Of a DNA stretch of 64,000 nucleotides, positions 19,321 to 32,256 are shown piece by piece. Source of the stretch: Alphaproteobacteria bacterium (GTDB taxonomy: Bacteria; Pseudomonadota; Alphaproteobacteria; UBA828); assembly GCA_965237415.1 (NCBI GenBank), contig CBDEFM010000002.1:3584001-3648000 (forward strand). The letters run 5' to 3'. How positions within the stretch are numbered: position 1 is the stretch's first letter; each line of letters begins with the position of its first letter. Made by a program: the position numbers and the translations under genes. The notes under the pieces were generated by a model. That model was given only the letters and a program-made list of their open reading frames with translations. It made no database searches and was not told the origin of the DNA.

Positions 19321-19566
19321 CTATCCCGCCACTTGTGCAATCCTGCTGGCAATGCGGTTCGCGGCCGATTTGACGGGATCGTTGGCGAGATGAGCGTAGC
19401 GGGCGGTGGTCTGCACCTGGGTATGGCCGAGCAGCTTGCCGATCATTGGCAAGCCTTCGCCGACCAGGAGCCCGCCGCTGGCGAACGAGTGGCAAAGGTC
19501 GTGGATCCGGACGTCCTTGAGTTCGGCCCGCGCCCGGATGCGCCGCCAGGGGTGCTGAAGGTCGAT
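19321..19566 (-). pseudogene. Second tyrosine integrase C-terminal remnant
   Basis: DLQHPWRRIR...RIHDLCHSFAS...LGHTQVQTTARYAHL, paralogous to 10971-11645. Confidence 0.8.
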
Positions 19567-19810
19567 GAGCGGAAGGTGAACTGGATGCTGAACTGTGCCG
19601 TGGGGACATCGAGATTTGCCGCTGCTGGGGCCACGGCCTTCCCTGAACCCCGTCCGATAGCTGTCGGATTGGCCCGGCGCAGTCGCTACCGCTGTCCATC
19701 CAGGATCAGAGAATGACCGGATCTGACCGCACCTCGTGGAGACTTGTTGACTTTTAGTTGACTTCGCTCAACATCGCATGATCGGTGATCGGATAACCCC
19801 TTGAAAAGAT

Positions 19811-19886
<76 letters not shown>

Positions 19887-20007
19887 ACATGCGGCGGTGC
19901 CGCGGCGGTGATGTGCCATGATTCAGCCGCATGCGCAACCGGCGCCCGCGCCCTCGCGGCGCCATGTCCCTCGCGGCGCGCGGGGTCGTCGCACCATTCG
20001 GGTCTGA

Positions 20008-21390
<1,383 letters not shown>

Positions 21391-21410
21391 TCGCGCGGCG
21401 CAGACATCCT

Positions 21411-21521
21411 CCCCCACCTCACCCCGGCCCTCTCCGCCCCCAGGGGCGGAGAGGGAGAGCGAGCCGGTGCCGCCTGCGTTCCCCCTCCGCCTTTGGGGGA
21501 GGGGGAACAGGGGGAGGTGGG
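21411..21521. repeat. Alphaproteobacterial REP-like palindromic element
   Basis: CCCTCTCCGCCCC-ca-GGGGCGGAGAGGG hairpin plus a second degenerate inverted unit. Confidence 0.65.
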
Positions 21522-21660
21522 TGGGTCAGTTGCGGCAGGCACGTGCCGAACGACGACGGGCAACGCTTCCGCTAGGCGGGCAGCCACGTGTCGGGCCGCG
21601 CACCGCCGCCGACACTACCGGCTTGACAGGGGCCGGCGCCGGCGGTGATGTCTTGGCACC

Positions 21661-22057
21661 ATGGCCGAGCGATTCGCGCGCGTTCGATACCGCACGATCA
21701 TCGTGCTGCTAACCTGCGCGCTGGGCCTTATCTATGTCGGCTACCAGAGCGTGCAGGGCGAACGCGGGCTGCTCGGGTGGATCGAGCGCTCCGCCGACGT
21801 CGCTACCAGAGGGCGAACGCGGGCTGCTCGGGTGGATCGAGCGCTCCGCCGACGTCGAGAGAACCCGCGCCGAGGTCGCCGCGCTCGCCGAGGAGCGGCG
21901 CAAGCTGGAGCGCCGCGTCTCCCAGCTTCGGAGCGAGAGTTTGGACCTCGACCTGCTCGATCAGGAGGCCCGGCGGCTGCTCAACCTGGGTCATCCGGAC
22001 GAGGAGGTCCTGTTCCACGACCGGCCGGCGCAGCCCGGCCCCGACCAGGGCGAGTAA
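21661..22057 (+). pseudogene. ftsB: FtsB/DivIC septum formation initiator with 55-bp duplication frameshift
   Basis: TM segment then GERGLL..., LDLDLLDQEARRLLNLGHPDE in another frame; between eno and pdhA. Confidence 0.85.
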
Positions 22058-22206
22058 CCACCCCGACGCTGCAGCGGTCATCTCTTGCCATAGCAAGTAA
22101 TATTCGCCTTGCCCTTGTCAGCCCGGCGCGTTTGACCTAGCGTGCCGCAAGGCTCCGCGCCGCCGAGTGCGTGCTAGGCGGTGCGGGCGTCAGGTGCGAG
22201 GGGGAG

Positions 22207-23229
22207 ATGGCAATCGCCAGGAAAAGGGCCCGAAGCGGGGCCAACGCACCCGCTCAGGCGGCTGCGATGGCGCCGGAGACGCTGCATCGGGCGTTCCGCG
22301 ACATGCTGCTGCTCCGCCGCTTCGAGGAGAAGGCGAGCCAACTCTACGGCATGGGGCTGATCGGAGGCTTCTGCCACCTCTACATCGGGCAGGAGGCCGT
22401 GGTCACAGGTGTGCAGTACGCGCTGGAGCCCGGCGATTCGGTCATCACGGGCTATCGCTGCCACGCCCACATGCTGATCGCGGGCGTGCCGCCTAAGGAG
22501 GTCATGGCCGAGCTCACCGGACGCGCGGCCGGCGCGTCCAAGGGCAAGGGCGGCTCGATGCACCTGTTCGCGCCGGAGCGCGGCTTCTACGGCGGCCACG
22601 GCATCGTCGGCGCCCAGGTGCCGCTCGGCGTCGGCCTCGGCTTCGCCCACAAGTACCGCGCCTCGGACCGGATTTCCGTCACCTATTTCGGCGACGGGGC
22701 GGCCAATCAGGGCCAGGTGTTCGAGGCCTTCAACATGGCGGCGCTCTGGCAGCTCCCCGTCCTCTTCGTGATCGAGAACAACCAGTACGCCATGGGCACC
22801 TCGGTCGAGCGCTCGGCGGCGGTCTCCGACCTGCACGAGCGGGGTGCGGCCTTCGGCATTCCCGGCGTGCGGGTCGACGGGATGGACGTGGCCGCCGTGT
22901 TGCAGGCGACTGAGGAGGCTGTCGCCGGCCTTAGGGCGGGCAACGGGCCGCTGCTGCTGGAAATGATGACCTACCGTTATCGCGGCCACTCGATGTCCGA
23001 TCCGGCGAAATACCGGAGCCGCGAGGAAGTGAGCAAGATGCGCAAGGAGCGGGACGCGATCGAGCAGGCGCGCCAAGCCCTGCTGGACGGCGGTCATGCC
23101 GACGAGGACGCGCTGAAGGAGATCGACCGGGAGATCAAGGCCATCGTCAACGACGCCGCCGACTTCGCTCAAGGCGCGCCGGAGCCCGCCCCGGTCTCGC
23201 TCGGCGCCGATGTCGTGGCCCGCGCCTGA
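22207..23229 (+). CDS. pdhA: Pyruvate dehydrogenase E1 alpha
   Basis: [31 protein letters not shown]. Confidence 0.97.
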   Translation: MAIARKRARSGANAPAQAAAMAPETLHRAFRDMLLLRRFEEKASQLYGMGLIGGFCHLYIGQEAVVTGVQYALEPGDSVITGYRCHAHMLIAGVPPKEVMAELTGRAAGASKGKGGSMHLFAPERGFYGGHGIVGAQVPLGVGLGFAHKYRASDRISVTYFGDGAANQGQVFEAFNMAALWQLPVLFVIENNQYAMGTSVERSAAVSDLHERGAAFGIPGVRVDGMDVAAVLQATEEAVAGLRAGNGPLLLEMMTYRYRGHSMSDPAKYRSREEVSKMRKERDAIEQARQALLDGGHADEDALKEIDREIKAIVNDAADFAQGAPEPAPVSLGADVVARA

Positions 23230-23254
23230 AGGGCGCGAGGGGCGCCGACCCGCC

Positions 23255-24238
23255 ATGGTTCAGCTGACGGTTCGAGAAGCGCTGCGCGACGCGATGGCGG
23301 AGGAGATGCGGGCCGATCCCGACGTCTTCCTCATGGGCGAGGAGGTCGCGGAGTATCAGGGCGCCTACAAGGTGAGCCAGGGCCTGCTCGACGAGTTCGG
23401 CGCTGGCCGGGTGATCGACACGCCCATCACCGAGGCCGGGTTCGCCGGGATCGGCGTGGGTGCCGCCATGGGCGGGCTCAAGCCCATCGTCGAGTTCATG
23501 ACCTTCAATTTCGCCATGCAGGCGATGGATCATCTCATCAACTCGGCCGCCAAGACGCTCTACATGTCGGGCGGCCTGCTGCCGGTGCCGGTGGTGTTCC
23601 GCGGGCCCAACGGCGCCGCCGCACGGGTCGCCGCGCAGCATTCCCAGTGCTACGCGAGCTGGTTCGCCCACGTGCCTGGCTGGCGGGTTGTCGCGCCCTA
23701 TTCGGCGGGTGACGCCAAGGGGCTGCTGAAGGCCGCCATCCGCGACCCCAACCCGGTGGTCTTCCTGGAGAACGAGCTTCTCTACGGCCAGAGCTTCGAA
23801 GTACCGGCTGACGGCGAGCATCTGGTGCCAATCGGCAAGGCGACCGTTGCGCGCGCGGGCAGCGATGCTACCGTCGCCGCTTTCTCGATCATGGTCGGCC
23901 GCGCGCTGGAGGCGGCGGAGACGCTGGCTGCAGAGGGCATCGAGGCGGAGGTGATCGACCTGCGCTCGCTCCGGCCGCTCGACGGCGAGGCCGTGCTGGC
24001 CTCGGTGGAGAAGACCAACCGCCTGGTCACGGTGGAGGAGGGCTGGCCCTTCGCCGGCATCGGGGCGGAGATCGCGGCGCTCGTGATGGAGAACGCGTTC
24101 GACATGCTCGACGCGCCGGTCGGCCGTGTCTCCGGCGCCGACGTGCCGATGCCTTACGCCGCCAATCTCGAGGCCGCGGCCCTGCCCGGCGCGGCCGATA
24201 TCGCCAACGCCGTCCGCCGCGTCTGCTACCGAGGCTAG
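23255..24238 (+). CDS. pdhB: Pyruvate dehydrogenase E1 beta
   Basis: [29 protein letters not shown]. Confidence 0.97.
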   Translation: MVQLTVREALRDAMAEEMRADPDVFLMGEEVAEYQGAYKVSQGLLDEFGAGRVIDTPITEAGFAGIGVGAAMGGLKPIVEFMTFNFAMQAMDHLINSAAKTLYMSGGLLPVPVVFRGPNGAAARVAAQHSQCYASWFAHVPGWRVVAPYSAGDAKGLLKAAIRDPNPVVFLENELLYGQSFEVPADGEHLVPIGKATVARAGSDATVAAFSIMVGRALEAAETLAAEGIEAEVIDLRSLRPLDGEAVLASVEKTNRLVTVEEGWPFAGIGAEIAALVMENAFDMLDAPVGRVSGADVPMPYAANLEAAALPGAADIANAVRRVCYRG

Positions 24239-24363
24239 TGGTTCGAATCGATCGCTTCGAACCACTAGCATTTTTCGTGATGGATCAACTTATCGAGACA
24301 TTTGAACATGCTATCGTCATTTAACCAGCAACAACCGGGGCCTCAAATGTCTCGGTCGATCCA
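24234..24363. repeat. CTAG-bounded palindrome plus second inverted repeat
   Basis: GCTAGTGGTTCGAA..TTCGAACCACTAGC; CGAGACATTTGA..TCAAATGTCTCG. Confidence 0.7.
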
Positions 24364-24376
24364 GTAGGGAGACGAC

Positions 24377-25672
24377 ATGCCAATCCAGATTCTGATGCCG
24401 GCCCTCTCGCCGACGATGACCGAGGGCAATGTCGCGAGCTGGCTCAAGAGCGAGGGGGATGAGGTCGCCGCCGGCGATATCCTGTGCGAGATCGAGACCG
24501 ACAAGGCGACGATGGAGGTGGAGGCGACCGACGAGGGCACCCTCGGCAGGATCGTGGTGCCGGCCGGCACCGAAGGGGTGGCTGTGAATGCGGTCATCGG
24601 CTTGATCCTGGAGGAGGGCGAGGACGCATCGGCCCTCGACGGCGTAGAGATAGCCACTCCTGCCGTAGCGGCGCCCGCCGCAAGCGCAGCCCCGGCCCCG
24701 CAAGCGACAGCCCCGGTCGCCCCATCGCCCGGTGGCAATGGGGCGACGCCGCCCGCGCCCGCGCGGGAGCCCGGCGCCCGCATCTTCGCGAGCCCGCTGG
24801 CGCGGCGCATGGCCAAGCAGGCCGGCCTCGCGTTGGAGGCGATCGCCGGCACCGGCCCGAACGGGCGCATCGTGAAGGCGGATATCGAGGCGGCCATCGC
24901 CGCTGGTGCTGCCGCGCCTGCTGCTGCAGTAGCCGCACCCGCCCCCGCCGCGGCGCCTGCGGCGGCGCTGGCGCACGCCCCGGCCGCCTACCAGGACGCG
25001 CCGGCGAGCACCATGCGCAAGGTCATCGCCCAGCGGCTCCAGGAGGCGAAGCGCGAGGTCCCGCACTTCTATCTGACGGTCGAGTGCGCGGTCGATGCGC
25101 TGCTGGAGACCCGTGCGCAACTCAACGAGCGCTCGGACGCCTACAATCTCTCGGTCAACGACTTCGTGATCCGGGCCGCGGCGCTCGCGCTGCGAAAGGT
25201 CCCGGCCGCCAACGCGTCCTGGGTGGACGGCGCGCTCCGCCAATACGAGAGCGCCGATATCTCGGTGGCGGTCGCGATCGACGATGGGCTGGTGACGCCC
25301 ATCGTGCGCAACGCGGACGGCAAGGGACTGGCCGAGATCTCAGCCGAGGTGAGGGAGCTTGCCGGGCGCGCCCGGGCCAAGCCGATGGGTCTTGCGCCGG
25401 AGGAGTACCAGGGCGGCACCTTCAGCGTCTCCAACCTCGGCATGTACGGCATCAAGGAATTCGCGGCGATCATCAATCCGCCGCAGTCGATGATCCTCGC
25501 CGTCGGCACCGCCGAGCAGCGCCCGGTGGTCAAGGACGGCGCGCTCGCCGTCGCCACCATGATGACGTGCACGCTCTCGGTCGATCACCGGGTGGTCGAT
25601 GGCGCCCTCGGCGCCACGTTCCTGCAGGCGTTCAAGGGCCTGATCGAAGACCCGCTCACCATGCTTCTCTAG
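24377..25672 (+). CDS. pdhC: Dihydrolipoamide acetyltransferase E2
   Basis: Lipoyl ETDKA, ASPLARR, DHRVVDG. Confidence 0.97.
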   Translation: MPIQILMPALSPTMTEGNVASWLKSEGDEVAAGDILCEIETDKATMEVEATDEGTLGRIVVPAGTEGVAVNAVIGLILEEGEDASALDGVEIATPAVAAPAASAAPAPQATAPVAPSPGGNGATPPAPAREPGARIFASPLARRMAKQAGLALEAIAGTGPNGRIVKADIEAAIAAGAAAPAAAVAAPAPAAAPAAALAHAPAAYQDAPASTMRKVIAQRLQEAKREVPHFYLTVECAVDALLETRAQLNERSDAYNLSVNDFVIRAAALALRKVPAANASWVDGALRQYESADISVAVAIDDGLVTPIVRNADGKGLAEISAEVRELAGRARAKPMGLAPEEYQGGTFSVSNLGMYGIKEFAAIINPPQSMILAVGTAEQRPVVKDGALAVATMMTCTLSVDHRVVDGALGATFLQAFKGLIEDPLTMLL

Positions 25673-25721
25673 CGGGAGCCGGCCTCGCCGGCCCCTCATG
25701 CATACGAGACCGGAGGACATC

Positions 25722-27125
25722 ATGGCGGATGCGTCGTTTGACGTCGTCATCGTCGGAACCGGCCCTGGCGGCTATGTCGCGGCGATCCGCGCGAGCCAGC
25801 TCGGCCTGAAGACCGCCGTGGTCGAGCGCGAGCGCCTTGGCGGCATCTGCCTCAACTGGGGGTGCATCCCCACCAAGGCGCTGCTCCGGGTCTCGGAGCT
25901 CCGCCACACGCTCGGCCGGCTCGGCGATTTCGGAATCAGCGTGGGCGAGGTCTCGGTCGATATCGAAAAGGTCGTCGCCTATTCGCGCGGGGTCGCGGAC
26001 CAGCTCTCCCGCGGCGTCGCGTACCTGATGAAGAAGAACGGGGTCGCGGTGATCCAGGGCCACGCCCGGCTCGCAGGCCCCGGCGCGCTCGAAGTGACCA
26101 AGGAAGACGGCACAGCCGAGACCGTGCGCGCAGCCCACATCATCCTCGCCACCGGGGCGCGGGCGCGGGTGCTGCCGGGGCTCGAACCCGACGGTGAGAC
26201 GATCTGGACCTACAAGGAGGCGATGGTCCCCGCCGTGCACCCGAAATCGCTGCTGGTGATCGGCGCCGGCGCCATCGGCATGGAATTCGCGAGCTTCTAT
26301 GCCGATCTCGGCAGCGCCGTCACCGTGGTCGAGGTCCTGCCCCGCGTGCTGCCTGTCGAGGACGAGGAGATCTCGGCTGCGGCCCGCAAGGCCTTCGAGG
26401 CCCAGGGCATGACCATCCATACCGGCGCGCGCGTGACCGGTCTCGCGGCAAACGGCGGGGCGGTGCAGGCCGCCATCGAAACCGAAGACGGCAAGGCGGA
26501 AGAGGCCACGTTCGACCGCGCGATCCTCGCCGCCGGTATCGTCGGCAACGTGGAGGACCTCGGCCTGGAGGGCACCGGCGTTTTCGTCGAGAAGGGGCAC
26601 ATCCAGACCGACCCATGGATGGCGACCGGCGAGCCTGGCGTCTACGCCATCGGCGATGTCACCGGGCCGCCTTGGCTCGCCCACAAGGCCAGCCACGAGG
26701 GCGTGCTCTGCGTTGAGAAGATCGCGGGCGTCGACGGAGTCCACCCGCTGGATACGAGCAAAGTGCCGGCCTGCACATACTGCCGCCCCCAGGTCGCCTC
26801 GGTCGGGCTCACCGAAGCTGCGGCCAAGGAGCGCGGCCACGCGGTGCGGGTCGGGCGCTTCCCCTTCATCGGCAATGGCAAGGCCATCGCGCTCGGCGAG
26901 CCCGAGGGCATGGTCAAGACCGTGTTCGACGAGACGACCGGCGAGCTGCTCGGCGCCCACATGATCGGTACCGAGGTGACCGAGCTGATCCAGGGCTACA
27001 CGGTCGCCCGCACGCTGGAGAGCACCGAGGCCGAGCTCGCCGAGACGATTTTCCCGCACCCGACACTTTCGGAGGCGATGCACGAATCGGTGCTTGACGC
27101 TTATGGGCGCGTCCTCCACATCTAG
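25722..27125 (+). CDS. lpdA: Dihydrolipoamide dehydrogenase
   Basis: [19 protein letters not shown]. Confidence 0.97.
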   Translation: MADASFDVVIVGTGPGGYVAAIRASQLGLKTAVVERERLGGICLNWGCIPTKALLRVSELRHTLGRLGDFGISVGEVSVDIEKVVAYSRGVADQLSRGVAYLMKKNGVAVIQGHARLAGPGALEVTKEDGTAETVRAAHIILATGARARVLPGLEPDGETIWTYKEAMVPAVHPKSLLVIGAGAIGMEFASFYADLGSAVTVVEVLPRVLPVEDEEISAAARKAFEAQGMTIHTGARVTGLAANGGAVQAAIETEDGKAEEATFDRAILAAGIVGNVEDLGLEGTGVFVEKGHIQTDPWMATGEPGVYAIGDVTGPPWLAHKASHEGVLCVEKIAGVDGVHPLDTSKVPACTYCRPQVASVGLTEAAAKERGHAVRVGRFPFIGNGKAIALGEPEGMVKTVFDETTGELLGAHMIGTEVTELIQGYTVARTLESTEAELAETIFPHPTLSEAMHESVLDAYGRVLHI

Positions 27126-27148
27126 GCTGGAACACCGAGGATGCCGCC

Positions 27149-28090
27149 ATGCCGGATTCGCAGGTCACACCGCTGAAATCTCGCACCGACCGCCAGCCCA
27201 AGCCGGGCTGGCTCCGGGTCAAGGCGCCGACCTCAACCGAATACAACGCGACGCGAAAGCTGATGCGGATGCACCGGCTGAACACGGTGTGCGAGGAGGC
27301 GGCCTGTCCCAATATCGGCGAGTGCTGGGCCAAGGGCCACGCGACGGTGATGATCCTGGGCTCGGTCTGCACGCGCGCCTGCGCCTTTTGCAACGTCGCG
27401 ACCGGCCGGCCCGATCAGCTCGACCCGCACGAGCCGGACGAGCTCGCGCACGCGGTTTCCGCCCTCGGCCTCGACCACGTGGTCATTACCTCGGTCGACC
27501 GTGACGATCTCGAAGACGGCGGGGCGTTCCAGTTCGTGCGCTGTATCGTGCGGCTGCGCGAGACCGCGCCCGAAACCACGATCGAGGTGCTGACCCCCGA
27601 CTTCCGCAACAAGGCCGGCGCCATCGAGGCGGTGACGGACGCGAAGCCCGACGTCTACAACCACAATCTGGAGACGGTGCCGCGCCTCTATACCGAGGTG
27701 AGGCCCGGCGCGCGCTACTACCACTCGCTCCGCCTGCTCGACACAGTGAAGCGCCGCGATCCCTCTATCTTCACCAAATCCGGCGTCATGGTGGGCCTCG
27801 GTGAGGAGCGCCGCGAGATCCTGCAGGTGATGGACGATCTGCGCTCGGCAGACGTGGATTTCCTCACCATCGGCCAGTATCTGCGCCCGACCGAGCGCCA
27901 CCATGAGGTGATGCGCTACGTCACGCCGGACGAGTTCGCCGAGTACGAGCGGCTGGCCTACGCCAAGGGCTTCCTGATGGTCTCGTCCTCGCCGCTCACG
28001 CGCTCCTCCTACCACGCCGGCGACGATTTTCGGACCCTGCGGGCCAACCGCGAGGCCAAGCTCGCCTCCGCAGTCCCCGCCGACGCCTGA
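27149..28090 (+). CDS. lipA: Lipoyl synthase
   Basis: [26 protein letters not shown]. Confidence 0.97.
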   Translation: MPDSQVTPLKSRTDRQPKPGWLRVKAPTSTEYNATRKLMRMHRLNTVCEEAACPNIGECWAKGHATVMILGSVCTRACAFCNVATGRPDQLDPHEPDELAHAVSALGLDHVVITSVDRDDLEDGGAFQFVRCIVRLRETAPETTIEVLTPDFRNKAGAIEAVTDAKPDVYNHNLETVPRLYTEVRPGARYYHSLRLLDTVKRRDPSIFTKSGVMVGLGEERREILQVMDDLRSADVDFLTIGQYLRPTERHHEVMRYVTPDEFAEYERLAYAKGFLMVSSSPLTRSSYHAGDDFRTLRANREAKLASAVPADA

Positions 28091-28101
28091 AGGCGTGCCC
28101 G

Positions 28102-28566
28102 ATGCCGCAGCACGTCGAGCGCCGAGTCCTGCCCTATAGCTCGGCCCAGATGTTCGATCTCGTGGCCGAGGTCGAGCGCTATCCCGAGTTCCTGCCCTGG
28201 TGCTTAGGGACGCGCGTGACCAAACGCGAACCCGGCGAGCCCGGGATCGTCGAGGCCGACATGCTGATCGGCTTCATGATGTTCCGCGAGCGCTTCGGCT
28301 CACGGGTGCAATTGCACCGCGACGAATACCGGATCGAGGTGAACTACACCCACGGGCCGTTCCGTTACCTGGTCAATCGTTGGCGCTTCAGGGAGCGCTC
28401 GGACGGCTGCGAGGTGGATTTTTTCGTCGATTTCGAGTTCCGCTCCAGGCTCCTCAAGCGGGTCATGGGCGGGCTCTTCGCCGATGCGGTGAAGCGCATG
28501 GTGCGCTCCTTCGAGAGCCGCGCCCGCCAGCTCTACGGCACGCCCGCGGTGGAGGCGACCGGCTAG
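28102..28566 (+). CDS. ratA: RatA/Coq10 START-domain protein
   Basis: VAEVERYPEFLPWC, GPFRYLVNRWRF. Confidence 0.9.
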   Translation: MPQHVERRVLPYSSAQMFDLVAEVERYPEFLPWCLGTRVTKREPGEPGIVEADMLIGFMMFRERFGSRVQLHRDEYRIEVNYTHGPFRYLVNRWRFRERSDGCEVDFFVDFEFRSRLLKRVMGGLFADAVKRMVRSFESRARQLYGTPAVEATG

Positions 28567-28704
28567 TGCGGAGTTCCTGCGACGACGAAACGCAAGAAAT
28601 TGCAAAACGAAGCCAATTTCGAGTAACTCGTTGAGTCATTGAACGAATTGGTGAACCACATCCACGCTGGCTCCTGATCGGGCGGCAAAAGGGGGAGGGC
28701 AATC

Positions 28705-30061
28705 GTGCCGGTCAAAGGTCCAACGCCTGAGCAGATCGTCGAAGTCGGCGCGCAGCTCGGTATGCGCCTCAGCAATGACGAGGCGGCCCAGTATCACACG
28801 GCGATGCAGCCGATGCTCGCGGGCTACGATGCCGTCGATGCCATGGCCGACGAGTTGCCGGAGGTGAGGTGCCCGCGCGTTCCCGGCTACCGGGCCACTG
28901 GCGACGAGAACCCACACAATGGCTGGTATTGGAAGACCGCGATCAAGGGCACGGCGGAAGGCAAGCTCGCCGGCAAGAAGGTGGGCATCAAGGACAACAT
29001 CTGCGTCGCCGGCGTGCCGATGATGAACGGCGCCTCCGTTCTCGAAGGCTACGTGCCGGAGGTCGACGCCACCGTCGTCGACCGCATCCTCGACGCAGGC
29101 GGCGAAATCGCCGGCAAGACGGCGTGCGAGTATCTCTGCTTCTCCGGCGGCAGCCACACCAATGCAACCGGCCTGCCGGTCCACAACCCGTGGAAGCGCG
29201 GCTACACCAGCGGCGGCTCCTCATCGGGCTCGGGCGCGGTGGTGGCGGCCGGCGACGTGGAGATGGCGATCGGCGGCGATCAGGGCGGCTCGATCCGCAT
29301 CCCGGCGTCGATGTGCGGGATCGTCGGGCTCAAACCCACGCATGGTCTCGTGCCCTATTCGGGCGTGATGCCGATCGAGCTGACCATCGACCACATCGGC
29401 CCCATGACCGATACGGTCGCCAACAACGCGCTGCTTCTGGAGGTCATCGCCGGCGCCGACGGGCTCGACCCGCGCCAGCGTGCGCGAGATCAGCATCCCC
29501 GAGCATCTGGTGGGCGGTGCCGTCTGGACCCCCATCGGGCTCGAGGGCACGGTCGATCTCATGATGAACGGCAACGGCTTCGGGACCAACTGGAAGGGCC
29601 TTTACATCACCAGCCTGATCGACCGCTATGCGCGCTGGCGCGAGCGGGCGGACGAGTTCCCCCATACGCTGAAGTACGCAATCCTCCTCGGCCAGTACAT
29701 GCTGAACCAGTATGGCGGCCGCTATTACGGCAAGGCGCAGAACATCGCCCGGCGCATCCGCGCGGCCTACGACCGCGCACTCGCGGAGTGCGACGTGATC
29801 GCCATGCCGACGATTCCGATTGTCGCGACGCCGATCCCGCCGGCGGACGCGCCCATCGACGTCTACATCCAGCGCGCCCACGAGATGTTGACCAACACCG
29901 CCGTCTTCAATGTCACCGGTCACCCATCGCTTACCGTTCCGTGCGGCTTGCGTGACGGTCTGCCGGTGGGACTCATGCTGACCGGCCGGCACTTCGACGA
30001 AGCGACCATCTACCGGGCCGCTCACGCCTATGAACAGTCGGTCGACTGGAAGACGCTCTGA
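28705..30061 (+). pseudogene. Amidase-signature amidase with internal deletion/frameshift
   Basis: GGSSSGS, GDQGGSIRIP; frame changes after GLDPRQ (~29480) to REISIPEH...LPVGLML. Confidence 0.85.
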
Positions 30062-30093
30062 CCGGCGGCGACCATCAAGGGAGAACTGACGCC

Positions 30094-30726
30094 ATGATGC
30101 TCTACGAATTTTCGATCGCGCCCGGCCCGCGCCGGGTGCGGATTTTCGTTGCCGAGAAGGGGATCGAGATCCCCTCCGTCCAGATCAACACCCGCGAGCG
30201 GCAGCAGTTCACCGACGAGTATCGCGCCGTGAACCCCAACTGCGTGGTGCCGACGCTCGTGCTCGACGACGGCACCAGCATCGGCGAGTCGGTGGCGATC
30301 TGCCGCTATCTCGAGGAGACCCATCCCGAGCCCAACCTGATGGGCCGCGACGCCAAGGAGAAGGCGCTGATCGAGATGTGGAACCGGCAGGCGGAGCTCG
30401 AGGGCTACCTCGCGGCCGTCGATGCGCTGCGGAATGGCGCGCCCATGTTCGAGGATCGCGGGGTCGCGGGTGTGACGCGCGGGGTTCCGCAGATCCCCGC
30501 GCTGGCCGAGCGGGGCAAGCAGTCCATGGGCCGCTTCTTCTCCAAGCTCGACCGCCAGCTCGCAGAGAACCGCAATCTCGCGGGCGATACGTTCTCCATC
30601 GCCGACATCACGGCCTTCGTGACGATCGACTTCGCCAAGCGCGCAGAGATCGAGATGCCCAAGGACTGCTCCAACGTCGCCCGCTGGTTCGCCGAGGTCG
30701 GCGAGCGACCGAGCGCATCGGCTTAG
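30094..30726 (+). CDS. Glutathione S-transferase
   Basis: PRRVRIF, VPTLVLDDG..IGESVAICRYLE, FSIADIT. Confidence 0.92.
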   Translation: MMLYEFSIAPGPRRVRIFVAEKGIEIPSVQINTRERQQFTDEYRAVNPNCVVPTLVLDDGTSIGESVAICRYLEETHPEPNLMGRDAKEKALIEMWNRQAELEGYLAAVDALRNGAPMFEDRGVAGVTRGVPQIPALAERGKQSMGRFFSKLDRQLAENRNLAGDTFSIADITAFVTIDFAKRAEIEMPKDCSNVARWFAEVGERPSASA

Positions 30727-30806
30727 GCGCCCCCACGCCGGGCCGTTAGGCCCGGAGCGTCCTGCATCCGACGGACTTGTAAGGGTCGTCGGCGTCTGGA
30801 TCGGCT

Positions 30807-31010
30807 TAGCCCGCATTTCTCACCACGGTCATGGACAGCGCCGCCCTTCTGGTCGCGCCCAGACGCCCGCCCGCGGCGTCGCGGGCCTCAACCGTAGTCC
30901 CCGCTACGCTTTTCGGCCCGCTACTGGCGGATCGAACGCCTGGGCGCATCGTGCGCTCCGCGCGCGTCCCGCGCGACGCAGGCCGTGACCTTGGTGAGAA
31001 ATACGGGCTA
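30807..31010. mobile_element. MITE-like element with 25-bp TIRs
   Basis: TAGCCCGCATTTCTCACCACGGTCA ... TGACCTTGGTGAGAAATACGGGCTA. Confidence 0.7.
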
Positions 31011-31019
31011 GCGCCTCCG

Positions 31020-32246
31020 TCACACCGCGTAGTGCCGCAGGAAATCCCGGTCCGGCTCGACGCCGAGGCCCGGGCCGTCGGGGATCGCGGCGCGGCCCCC
31101 GTTGCGCGCGACCTGTTCCTGGATGTTCAGCGGACGGGTGAGCAGGTCGTCGCGAAACCTGTTCTCGGTCGTATCGAACTCCAGCATGGGCTCGCGCGGG
31201 TGGAGGCCGCCCGGCAGCGGCGGCATCGCCGCCAACAGTTGCAGGTTTGCGGCGACAGCGATGGCCGAGCCCCAGACATGGTTCACCACCGGCGTGAAAT
31301 GCGCGTGGCAGAGCGCGAGAACCCGGAGGTATTCGCTAATTCCGCCCAGCGAGCAGACCTCCGGCTGGGCAATGTCGAGGCCGCGGCTCTCCAGCAGTGT
31401 CCGCCACCCCCAGCGGCTGAACTCGACCTCGCCGCCGGCGATGTTGACGCGCAAACCGGCGCGCAAGGCCGCGTATCCATCCAGGTCCTCCGGCGCCACC
31501 GGTTCCTCGAACCAGAAGGCACCCAGCTCATCCAGCGCGCGGCCGACGTGAAAGGCGTCGGCGGCGGTGTAGCAGTGGTTGGCATCCACCATGAAGTCGA
31601 AGTCGTCGCCCACACCGCGCCGCACCGCCTCGGCCAGCGCCACGTCATGCTGCGGTCCCAGCCCGACTTTCATCTTGGCGGCGACGAAGCCCATCGCCTT
31701 GATTGCCGCGGCCTCGTCGGCGAAGCGCGCGGCGAGTGAGGCGGCATCCTCGCGCCGTAGCATCATGCCGTAGCCATAGACCGGAACCGACTGGCGATGG
31801 GCGCCGCCGATCAGCTTGTGGATCGGCAGCCCCGCCACTTTGCCGGCGATATCCCAGAGCGCGATGTCGACGCCGGAGAGCGCTTGCAACGGCATCCCCT
31901 TCTGGCCGTGATCGCGCAGCAGGTTGTAGACCCTGTGCCAGATCGGGTCGCGGTCCAGCGGGTCCATGCCCAGAACCATCGGCTGGATGACCTGCTCGAC
32001 GATGGCCCTGTTGGCGAGCGCCACGGTGCCCGGCCCGAAACACTCGCCCCAGCCGGTAATTCCCTCGTCGGTCTCGACCTCGACGATATGGGCCGTGCGC
32101 TTGCTGTAGAACTGCTGGGAGTATCCCAGCTCCTCCGGCATGTCGTACTGCAGCACGTGGCTGACAATCCGGGTGATCTTCATCTGCGGGTGCCGCGCCG
32201 GGCCGGAGCCGGCTTCAGCCGTGGCTGCTTTCAATTGCCGGGTCAT
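31020..32246 (-). CDS. Mandelate racemase/muconate lactonising (enolase superfamily) enzyme; start may be 32183
   Basis: DIALWDIAGK, KMKVG, MVDAN, WFEEP, GE, NHVWG. Confidence 0.9.
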   Translation of the reverse strand: MTRQLKAATAEAGSGPARHPQMKITRIVSHVLQYDMPEELGYSQQFYSKRTAHIVEVETDEGITGWGECFGPGTVALANRAIVEQVIQPMVLGMDPLDRDPIWHRVYNLLRDHGQKGMPLQALSGVDIALWDIAGKVAGLPIHKLIGGAHRQSVPVYGYGMMLRREDAASLAARFADEAAAIKAMGFVAAKMKVGLGPQHDVALAEAVRRGVGDDFDFMVDANHCYTAADAFHVGRALDELGAFWFEEPVAPEDLDGYAALRAGLRVNIAGGEVEFSRWGWRTLLESRGLDIAQPEVCSLGGISEYLRVLALCHAHFTPVVNHVWGSAIAVAANLQLLAAMPPLPGGLHPREPMLEFDTTENRFRDDLLTRPLNIQEQVARNGGRAAIPDGPGLGVEPDRDFLRHYAV

Positions 32247-32256
32247 GTCGCGTCCG

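Noticed and set aside
21661-22140. 159-aa ORF as a novel protein
   Set aside because: It is the frameshifted read-through of ftsB caused by the 55-bp duplication.
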